In this document: one piece after another, positions 56,648-64,000 of the stretch
Layout: the number at the start of each line of letters is the position of its first letter
How positions within the stretch are numbered: position 1 is the stretch's first letter
Assembly: GCA_038146865.1 (NCBI GenBank)
Contig: JAYQSL010000006.1
Coordinates: 45,458 to 109,457, forward strand
Origin: Rhodospirillaceae bacterium
Lineage (GTDB): Bacteria > Pseudomonadota > Alphaproteobacteria > MPNO01 > UBA2964
Length of the DNA stretch: 64,000 nt
Reading direction: 5' to 3'
The notes under the pieces: generated by a model
Database searches by the model: none
What the model saw: only the letters and a program-made list of their open reading frames with translations
What the model was told of the DNA's origin: nothing
Made by a program: the position numbers and the translations under genes

Positions 56648-57805
56648 ATGTTAGAAAGATCGCCGTTAAGCTTGGAGCGGCCTACTGGTTGTATAGCACT
56701 CAGTGACGGATGCATATTTTGGGGATATGGGATCGGAGTTGAAGGCTTACGAGCCGGCGAACTTTGTTTCAACACCTCAATGACAGGTTACCAGGAAATC
56801 CTTACTGATCTATCCTATGCTGGTCAGATTATAACCTTCACTTTCCCGCATATAGGCAACGTTGGCACTAACATAGAAGATTGTGAAACCTCTGCACCTG
56901 CGGCCCGGGGATTAATCATAAGAGAGGATATAAGCAGACCGAGTAATTGGAGATCCATCCTTCACCTAGACACTTGGCTAAAGTCCCACAATTTAGTTGG
57001 AATCTATGGCGTTGATACCCGGAGTATTACACGGCGTATTCGCGATAGCGGTGCCCCAGTCGCGGCGATAAGTTATAAAGAGAGCGGACCCAATCCAGAT
57101 TTGTTACTCACCGAGGCGAAACAATATCCCGGACTGGAAGGCACGGACCTTGCCCTAGAGGTCACATGCCAAGAACCATATGTTTGGACAGAAACCCGCT
57201 GGACTTGGAGCGAAGGCCACGGGCAGCAGAAGTCCCCTAAACACCATGTTGTCGCTATCGATTTTGGAGCAAAAAGAAATATTCTGAGAAGTCTGGCCCA
57301 ATTGGGGTGCAAGGTCACAGTAGTGCCGGCAAATACAACCGCTAACGATATAACCAAACTGAAACCCAATGGCATTTTTTTATCAAATGGGCCAGGTGAT
57401 CCTGCTGCTACCGGAACTTATGCCATCCCGGTCATAAAGGAACTTTTAAGGCAGAACTTACCAATCTTTGGTATATGTTTAGGCCATCAACTTTTAGCAT
57501 TAGCCCTGGGAGCAAAAACAAAAAAAATGCATCTCGGGCACCGAGGCGCCAACCATCCGATCAAGGAATTAGCGACAGGCAATGTAGAAATCACAAGCCA
57601 GAATCATGGGTTTGTCGTTACTCGGGAGTCTTTACCACCCGACGTCATCGAAACTCATAATTCATTATTTGATGGTTCTTTAGAGGGGATCAGATTGAAG
57701 AATAGACCAGTTTTCTCAGTCCAATATCACCCTGAGGCATCACCAGGACCTCACGACACCCATTATCTATTCGAGAAGTTTGTTTCCTCCCTCGAGGGGC
57801 GCTAG
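56648..57805 (+). CDS. carA: Carbamoyl-phosphate synthase small subunit
   Basis: FNTSMTGYQE, SNGPGDP, GICLGHQ and QYHPE motifs. Confidence 0.97.
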   Translation: MLERSPLSLERPTGCIALSDGCIFWGYGIGVEGLRAGELCFNTSMTGYQEILTDLSYAGQIITFTFPHIGNVGTNIEDCETSAPAARGLIIREDISRPSNWRSILHLDTWLKSHNLVGIYGVDTRSITRRIRDSGAPVAAISYKESGPNPDLLLTEAKQYPGLEGTDLALEVTCQEPYVWTETRWTWSEGHGQQKSPKHHVVAIDFGAKRNILRSLAQLGCKVTVVPANTTANDITKLKPNGIFLSNGPGDPAATGTYAIPVIKELLRQNLPIFGICLGHQLLALALGAKTKKMHLGHRGANHPIKELATGNVEITSQNHGFVVTRESLPPDVIETHNSLFDGSLEGIRLKNRPVFSVQYHPEASPGPHDTHYLFEKFVSSLEGR

Positions 57806-60800
57806 ATGCCAAAACGTACAGACATAAATTCCATCATGATAATAGGGGCCGGGCCGATTATTATAGGTCAAGCCTGCGAATTTGACTATTCTGGAACCCA
57901 GGCCTGCAAAGCCCTACGGGAGGAGGGCTACCGCATCATCCTCGTAAATTCTAATCCAGCGACGATAATGACGGATCCGAACCTAGCTGACTCAACTTAC
58001 ATTGAACCAATAACACCAGAATTTGTATCTCGGATAATAGAGAAAGAACGACCTGACGCAATTTTACCGACTATGGGGGGACAGACTGCTCTAAATACCG
58101 CATTAAAATTAGCTGAAAACGGGACACTAAAAAGGTTTGGGGTCGAGCTCATTGGAGCGAAAATTCCGTCGATCAGAAAAGCTGAAAGTCGAGAGGAATT
58201 CAAAAAGGCCATGGAGTCGATAGGCCTTGATTGTGCGAGTGGTGGCATAGCTACAAATATGGACCAAGCCAAAAAAACAATTCAGGTTACTGGATTACCT
58301 GCCGTTATAAGGCCTTCCTTCACCCTCGGTGGAACCGGCGGAGGTGTCGCTTATAATTATGAGGAATTTTATTCCATAGTCGAGGCTGGTCTGGCGGCAT
58401 CACCGACGCAAGAAGTCTTGATTGAGGAGTCTCTTCTTGGATGGAAAGAATTCGAGATGGAAGTCGTTCGAGACTCTGCCGACAACTGCATTATTGTATG
58501 CTCTATTGAAAATCTCGATCCTATGGGGGTGCACACGGGCGACTCTGTTACTGTTGCCCCTGCCTTGACCTTAACCGATAAGGAATACCAGCTTATGCGA
58601 AATGCCTCAATCGCGGTCCTTCGCGAGGTTGGGGTAGATACTGGTGGATCTAATGTCCAGTTTGCAATCAATCCTGAGAATGGACGGATGGTGGTGATTG
58701 AGATGAATCCACGCGTTTCTCGATCTTCGGCATTGGCGTCTAAAGCGACTGGTTTTCCAATAGCTAAGATCGCAGCAAAGCTTGCTGTTGGTTATACATT
58801 GGATGAACTGGCCAATGAGATTACCGGAGGTGTTACTCCAGCATCATTCGAACCCACGATAGACTATGTAGTAACTAAGATCCCGCGCTTTACCTTTGAA
58901 AAATTTCCAGGCACGGAACCAGTTCTATCAACCTCGATGAAATCCGTTGGCGAGGGAATGGCGATTGGGCGCAATTTTCAGGAGTCCCTCCAAAAAGCTC
59001 TTCGGTCAATGGAAACGGGTTTAGATGGCTTAGATGAGGAACCTGAAAGCGAATATTTAAATCTCCATGAAGGGAGAGCAAAGCTGATAAAGAAGCTGGG
59101 TGAACCTCGGCCCGATCGGATATTGACTATCGCTCAGTCCTTTCGGGTGGGTCTCTCTTTGGATGAAGTTCACGAAATCAGCAAATACGACCCCTGGTTT
59201 CTAGAGCAAATAAAATTGCTTGTAGACCTGGAAAAATGGGTCATCGATAATGGGTTACCTCGAGACCAACAAGGTTTATTATATTTAAAATCAAGGGGTT
59301 TTTCAGATAGGCGGCTGGCGGCGCTCAGCGGAAACTCGGAAGACCAAATTGCCGCGCAACGTCAGGCTCTCAAGGTAAAGCCCGTCTTTAAACGCATCGA
59401 TACATGCGCTGGCGAAATTCCATCAAAAACTGCTTATATGTACTCGACATATGAGGGAACGGGCCACGAACCCGTCGAATGTGAAGCAGATCCTTCTGAA
59501 AAGAAAAAGGTCGTGATACTCGGAAGTGGGCCAAACAGAATCGGTCAGGGTATTGAGTTCGATTATTGCTGTGTACATGCCGCTTACGCGCTGCGTGAAG
59601 CCGGCTATGAAGTAATCATGGTAAACTGCAATCCTGAAACAGTATCAACAGATTATGACACCTCCGACCGTTTATATTTTGAACCACTGACGAATGAAGA
59701 CGTCATTTCCGTTATTGAAAAAGAGCAACAACGTGGTGAACTCCTTGGAGTAGTTCTGCAATTTGGTGGTCAAACGCCGTTAAAACTTGCCAGAACACTA
59801 CAAGTTTTAGGTGTAAAAATTTTAGGTACTTCACCAGAGTCCATTGACATCGCTGAGGATCGAGAACGTTTCCAAATTCTATTACAAAAGCTTAATTTAA
59901 AGCAGCCTCAGAATGGAGTTGCAAGAGATCCAACCGATGCGATCAACATAGCAAAACGGCTAGGCTATCCCATTTTAATAAGACCCTCTTATGTTTTAGG
60001 GGGAAGGGCGATGGAAATCGTGCTCAACGAGTCCGCGCTGGCTCATTACATGGACACTGCCTTACAGGTCTCAAGCGAGACTCCAGTCTTGATTGACTCT
60101 TATTTGCAAGATGCGATCGAAGTTGATGTAGATGCTCTTGCAGACGGTAAGGGCACAGTTATCATTGCTGGGATAATGGAACACATAGAAGAGGCCGGTG
60201 TCCACTCTGGAGACTCCGCGTGTTCGATACCGCCCTACTCTTTATCAAATGAAATTATAAAAAAAATAGAGGATCAAACCAAATCTTTAGCATTGGCTTT
60301 GGAAGTCGTGGGTCTCATGAATATTCAATTTGCGGTAAAGTCCACAGAAGTCTATGTGTTAGAAGTAAACCCTAGAAGCAGCAGAACAGTGCCTTTCGTT
60401 GCAAAAGCAAGCGGGATTCCGCTAGCTAAAATAGCGGCTCTTACAACTGTTGGTAAAACATTGCATAAGGAGCTCGAAAAGCATGGCAAGGGGACGTCAA
60501 AGAACCAATTTTCTGTAAAAGAGGCCGTTTTCCCATTCTCGAGATTTCCGAGTGCGGATTTACTTTTAGGGCCGGAAATGAGGTCTACAGGGGAAGTAAT
60601 GGGCATCGACGAGGACTTCGGACGCGCATTTGCAAAAGCCCAAATAGCCGCCGGTCAAAACTTACCAACAGGAGGAACGGTATTTATTTCAGTCAAAGAT
60701 ATTGATAAGAATCCCGCGATTAAGATAGCGCAAGAATTTGTAGCGCTTGGATTTAAAATCCTTGCCACAAAAGGGACTGCCGCCGCTCTTTCCAGCGAGG

Positions 60801-61105
60801 GACTGGATGTTCAAAGAGTTAATAAGATAATTGAGGGGCGCCCAAACATCTCAGATGCCATGCTAAACGGAGAGGTGGACTTGGTGATCAATACCTCGGA
60901 GGGCGCTGTCGAAAAATTTGATAGCGTGAGCCTTCGAAGAACAGCTCTTTCACAAAACATCTCCTATTCAACAACCATGTCCGGAGCAAGAGCAGTTTTA
61001 CATGCGATAAAGGCAATGAACGTAAATACCCTTGAAGTGAGTTCTCTTCAATCCTATTTTGGTGGGCCTAGTAAGCTCTTGGCACCAGAAAGTCATATTT
61101 GGTAA
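57806..61105 (+). CDS. carB: Carbamoyl-phosphate synthase large subunit
   Basis: [17 protein letters not shown], duplicated ATP-grasp domains and an MGS domain. Confidence 0.98.
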   Translation: MPKRTDINSIMIIGAGPIIIGQACEFDYSGTQACKALREEGYRIILVNSNPATIMTDPNLADSTYIEPITPEFVSRIIEKERPDAILPTMGGQTALNTALKLAENGTLKRFGVELIGAKIPSIRKAESREEFKKAMESIGLDCASGGIATNMDQAKKTIQVTGLPAVIRPSFTLGGTGGGVAYNYEEFYSIVEAGLAASPTQEVLIEESLLGWKEFEMEVVRDSADNCIIVCSIENLDPMGVHTGDSVTVAPALTLTDKEYQLMRNASIAVLREVGVDTGGSNVQFAINPENGRMVVIEMNPRVSRSSALASKATGFPIAKIAAKLAVGYTLDELANEITGGVTPASFEPTIDYVVTKIPRFTFEKFPGTEPVLSTSMKSVGEGMAIGRNFQESLQKALRSMETGLDGLDEEPESEYLNLHEGRAKLIKKLGEPRPDRILTIAQSFRVGLSLDEVHEISKYDPWFLEQIKLLVDLEKWVIDNGLPRDQQGLLYLKSRGFSDRRLAALSGNSEDQIAAQRQALKVKPVFKRIDTCAGEIPSKTAYMYSTYEGTGHEPVECEADPSEKKKVVILGSGPNRIGQGIEFDYCCVHAAYALREAGYEVIMVNCNPETVSTDYDTSDRLYFEPLTNEDVISVIEKEQQRGELLGVVLQFGGQTPLKLARTLQVLGVKILGTSPESIDIAEDRERFQILLQKLNLKQPQNGVARDPTDAINIAKRLGYPILIRPSYVLGGRAMEIVLNESALAHYMDTALQVSSETPVLIDSYLQDAIEVDVDALADGKGTVIIAGIMEHIEEAGVHSGDSACSIPPYSLSNEIIKKIEDQTKSLALALEVVGLMNIQFAVKSTEVYVLEVNPRSSRTVPFVAKASGIPLAKIAALTTVGKTLHKELEKHGKGTSKNQFSVKEAVFPFSRFPSADLLLGPEMRSTGEVMGIDEDFGRAFAKAQIAAGQNLPTGGTVFISVKDIDKNPAIKIAQEFVALGFKILATKGTAAALSSEGLDVQRVNKIIEGRPNISDAMLNGEVDLVINTSEGAVEKFDSVSLRRTALSQNISYSTTMSGARAVLHAIKAMNVNTLEVSSLQSYFGGPSKLLAPESHIW

Positions 61106-61148
61106 CCTGCCACGCAGCGACAAAAGAAGGAATTGTTGGGGGATAATC

Positions 61149-61622
61149 ATGGACAAAGTTCCAATGACGCTGAAAGGCTTCCAGACACTTGAAATAGAAT
61201 TAAAGAGGTTAAAAACCGAAGAAAGGCCTGATGTCATCAAAGCAATAGCTACAGCTCGTGAACACGGGGACTTGTCTGAAAATGCCGAGTACCATGCCGC
61301 GAAGGAACGCCAGGCATTCATAGAGGGAAGACTCAGCGAGATAGAAGAACGCATTGCTAATGCTGAAGTGATAGACCCGAGCCAATTTTCGGGTGACATT
61401 ATAAAATTTGGTGCCACCGTTACTCTGTTTGATGACGATACAGAGAAAGAGATAACCTATCAAATTGTTGGCGAGCATGAGGCCAATATTGAAAATGGTT
61501 TTTTATCGATTTCGGCTCCTCTGGCTCGAGCACTTATAGGAAAAGCTGTGGGAGATTGGATAGAGGTCAAAACTCCGAAGGGTCAAAGAGGATACGAAAT
61601 TCTGAAGGTTTTGTTTAAGTAA
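61149..61622 (+). CDS. greA: Transcription elongation factor GreA
   Basis: HGDLSENAEYHAAKE and SISAPLARALIGK; start at MDKVPMT. Confidence 0.96.
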   Translation: MDKVPMTLKGFQTLEIELKRLKTEERPDVIKAIATAREHGDLSENAEYHAAKERQAFIEGRLSEIEERIANAEVIDPSQFSGDIIKFGATVTLFDDDTEKEITYQIVGEHEANIENGFLSISAPLARALIGKAVGDWIEVKTPKGQRGYEILKVLFK

Positions 61623-61647
61623 ACGCGGAAGTGAAGTGTAAATCTAA

Positions 61648-62136
61648 CTAAATCGTAACATTATCTACATCAATGGGGACCCCGACACGATCTACAGCGG
61701 ACCGAATTGCTAGAGAAGATTTGACCACACTGACATTTGGGGCGGGTGTAAGGCGAGTGGTCAGAAAACGTTGGTATGAGTCCCAGTCATGAGCAACAAC
61801 TTTTAATAAAAAATCCGTTTCACCGGCGAGCATGTGACACTCACGAACCTCTGGCCATGTTTTAATCAAATCTTCAAACGCAACCAAGTCCGTCTCTGCC
61901 TGACTATGCAAGCCTACGTGCGCAAAAACAATAACGCCAAAACCCAGTGCATCTGGGTTAATATCAGCGTGGTAGCCCCTTATGCAACCAGTTTCTTCCA
62001 AAGCCCGGACACGGCGTAAACATGGCGGAGGTGAAATACCAGCGCTAGACGCTAGATCCACATTAGTAATTCGGCCTTGATCTTGGAGATCCCTCAGAAT
62101 TTTTAGATCTATGCGATCGAGTTTTATCCTTGCCAT
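61648..62136 (-). CDS. Lrp/AsnC-family transcriptional regulator
   Basis: LDRIDLKIL, SPPPCLRRVRALE and ECHMLAGETDF motifs. Confidence 0.93.
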   Translation of the reverse strand: MARIKLDRIDLKILRDLQDQGRITNVDLASSAGISPPPCLRRVRALEETGCIRGYHADINPDALGFGVIVFAHVGLHSQAETDLVAFEDLIKTWPEVRECHMLAGETDFLLKVVAHDWDSYQRFLTTRLTPAPNVSVVKSSLAIRSAVDRVGVPIDVDNVTI

Positions 62137-62233
62137 ATAGCTAATTCCATGTTGCCGACAAAATAGGGAAATTATATTATAATATTATGAAATTATATTT
62201 CAATCTGGGTCAAATCTGTCGGGGTCAGAGGAT

Positions 62234-63190
62234 TTGTTAGACCAGCCATGCTGGATATTGTGTGACGGTAAAGCTGGGATGATGTCCCAATGCGTCGCCC
62301 TCGCCGAAATGCTGGAATTAAAACCTGAAATAAAAATAATAGACCCCCGATTTCCGTGGTCGAAATTACCTCCATCACTTTGGTTAGCGCCCTTTGCTGC
62401 ATTAGACGTCGAAAGTATCGGCCTTTGCGCCCCATGGCCCCCAATTTTAATAGCATCAGGAAGGCAGACTGTGGCCCTTGCCCTCGCGATAAAGCGAGCT
62501 TCCGAAGGAAAGACAAAATTAATACAAATACAAAACCCTAGATTTGGTATCTCAAAATTTGATGCCATTGTCGCGCCAATGCATGACAACTTGCACGGTA
62601 ATAACGTGATTTCCACAATCGGCTCAGTACACGGGATTACACAGGCTAAGCTCCGATCGGCGGCAAACAAGTTCAGAGAAACTTATAAGACACTCCCGCG
62701 GCCACTGATAGGCATATTACTCGGAGGGCCTAATAAGCAATATAGGATGACCTCCGAACTGGGCTTTCGGCTGGGTCAATTGTTAGTGAGAGGCGTAAAA
62801 AGATCTGGTGCAGGTCTGGCGATAACACCTTCTCGAAGAACTCACAAAGATCTAATGTCGGCACTCACGTGCTCTTTGAAGGAAGTAAATTTTCGAAACT
62901 GGGATGGAAAGGGCGATAACCCCTACCTCGGTATTCTTGCCCTCTGCGACAGTTTTGTCGTAACCGGCGATTCCGTTAATATGATTAGCGAAGCTGCGGC
63001 AACCGGCAAGCCTGTGCACGTTTTTGAACTCGATGGAGGATCACCCAAGTTTGATCGCTTTCATCATCAAATGCGTGAGGCGGGGATAACCAGGCCTTTT
63101 ATGGGGAAATTTGAAGACTGGGAGTACTCATCTCCCAATGATCCAAGTAATATTGTGCAACAAGTAAAGCTTAGAATTAATCTTGATTAA
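62234..63190 (+). CDS. ELM1 (mitochondrial fission ELM1/GtrOC1) family protein
   Basis: DGKAG..SQ, P.HD, LLGGP, SRRT, NPY, VTGDSVNMISEAA.TGKPV and KF.RFH motifs. Confidence 0.88.
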   Translation: MLDQPCWILCDGKAGMMSQCVALAEMLELKPEIKIIDPRFPWSKLPPSLWLAPFAALDVESIGLCAPWPPILIASGRQTVALALAIKRASEGKTKLIQIQNPRFGISKFDAIVAPMHDNLHGNNVISTIGSVHGITQAKLRSAANKFRETYKTLPRPLIGILLGGPNKQYRMTSELGFRLGQLLVRGVKRSGAGLAITPSRRTHKDLMSALTCSLKEVNFRNWDGKGDNPYLGILALCDSFVVTGDSVNMISEAAATGKPVHVFELDGGSPKFDRFHHQMREAGITRPFMGKFEDWEYSSPNDPSNIVQQVKLRINLD

Positions 63191-63268
63191 CCTAATCTAT
63201 TTGAATTTTTTCAATCGGAGAACTAAGACTGGTTTCTTAATTTAAGTCTTGGGCTCATAAAAGAAAAA

Positions 63269-63916
63269 ATGCTGACTATCGATATTGAAAAATTTAGGGC
63301 CACCCGGTTGCAACGGGAACCATATGAATACCTCATCGTTCCCGGGTTCATCAGGAATACTGCTATTCAAACCATCAATAGAGATTACCCCGAAATCTCG
63401 GCACCCGGTAGCTTCCCATTGTCGAGCCTCGAAACTGGACCCGCATTCAGAAAATTTGTTGAGGAGATGTCATCAAAGGATGTTCGGTCCGCTTTCTCAG
63501 AAAAATTCGACGTCGATCTCTGGGGAAGACCCCTCACTGTTACGGTTCGTGGAAAATCACAGGCAAAAGACGGACAAATTCATACCGACACCAAATCAAA
63601 AATAATTACTATTCTCATATACATGAATACCGAGTGGTCGACAGCCGGTGGTAGACTGAGGGTATTGCGTTCGGACAGTAATATAGAAGATTACGCAGCA
63701 GAAATTCCCCCTACAGCCGGGACGCTTTTAGCCTTCCGCCGCAGTGTAAAATCATGGCATGGTCATAAATCGTTCGAGGGCGAGAGGAGGGTAATACAAT
63801 TTAACTGGGTAACAAATAGAGGAGTCTTGAGGCGAGAAGTTATCAGGCATAGGATCTCAGCTTTTCTAAAATCTTTTAAATCCCCTCGCGCGCCTGCGAT
63901 AGAAGGAAATCCCTAG
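63269..63916 (+). CDS. 2OG-Fe(II) oxygenase
   Basis: IHTD (HxD), LIYMN, SWHGH and ERRVIQFNW (distal His and 2OG-binding Arg). Confidence 0.85.
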   Translation: MLTIDIEKFRATRLQREPYEYLIVPGFIRNTAIQTINRDYPEISAPGSFPLSSLETGPAFRKFVEEMSSKDVRSAFSEKFDVDLWGRPLTVTVRGKSQAKDGQIHTDTKSKIITILIYMNTEWSTAGGRLRVLRSDSNIEDYAAEIPPTAGTLLAFRRSVKSWHGHKSFEGERRVIQFNWVTNRGVLRREVIRHRISAFLKSFKSPRAPAIEGNP

Positions 63917-64000
63917 TGGGACACACGATTGAAACTTTTAATAATGTTAAGGGTGGCAATAGTTTTTATAAGGCGATTAGCCACCCGGCGGTCGCAGATA
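63916..64000 (+). CDS. Hypothetical protein, 5' end (partial; MGHTIETFNNVKGGNSFYKAISHPAVAD...)
   Basis: GTG overlaps the preceding TAG (TAGTG) and the frame is open to the window edge. Confidence 0.55.
   Translation, partial: MGHTIETFNNVKGGNSFYKAISHPAVAD

Noticed and set aside
61060-61105. CarB C-terminal extension as another frameshift (out-of-frame TAGTAA after GGG)
   Set aside because: Only 14 aa, which is within normal C-terminal variability.

Overview
Chromosomal segment of an alphaproteobacterium. Gene content and order suggest a Rhodospirillales-like, possibly marine lineage, with GC of roughly 45% by eye. 1-14.6 kb is the end of the dcw cluster and its usual downstream genes (ftsW partial, murG, murC, murB, ddl, ftsQ, ftsA, ftsZ, lpxC, bamD, recN, ligA). 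14.6-19.7 kb carries uvrD, prmA, a small ORF and pepP on the minus strand. 19.9-51.8 kb is a mixed metabolic block: an acyl-CoA ligase alpha-like gene, a TauD-family dioxygenase, a ThiXYZ-like ABC transporter, sahR-metF-metH with a palindromic operator, mlaC, ettA, a PhtD-like decarboxylase, a tandem class II aldolase, cspA, a CoA-transferase, MFS and DMT transporters, two DUF1194 paralogs, a three-gene biotin-dependent carboxylase, hmgA with acetoacetate-CoA ligase, DsbA, a Zn dehydrogenase and a PQQ sugar dehydrogenase. 51.8-64 kb holds tRNA-Ile2(CAU), rpoD, dnaG, yqeY, carAB, greA, lrp, an ELM1-family gene, a 2OG-Fe(II) oxygenase and a partial ORF. I saw no mobile elements or CRISPR arrays. 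Several single-base frame breaks (thiX, thiY start, metH end, dnaG) suggest indel errors or local decay. The best candidate for an undescribed system is the split carboxylase operon, which has an altered carboxyltransferase active site and an SD-sequestering structured leader. All family assignments come from motif recognition, not database searches.
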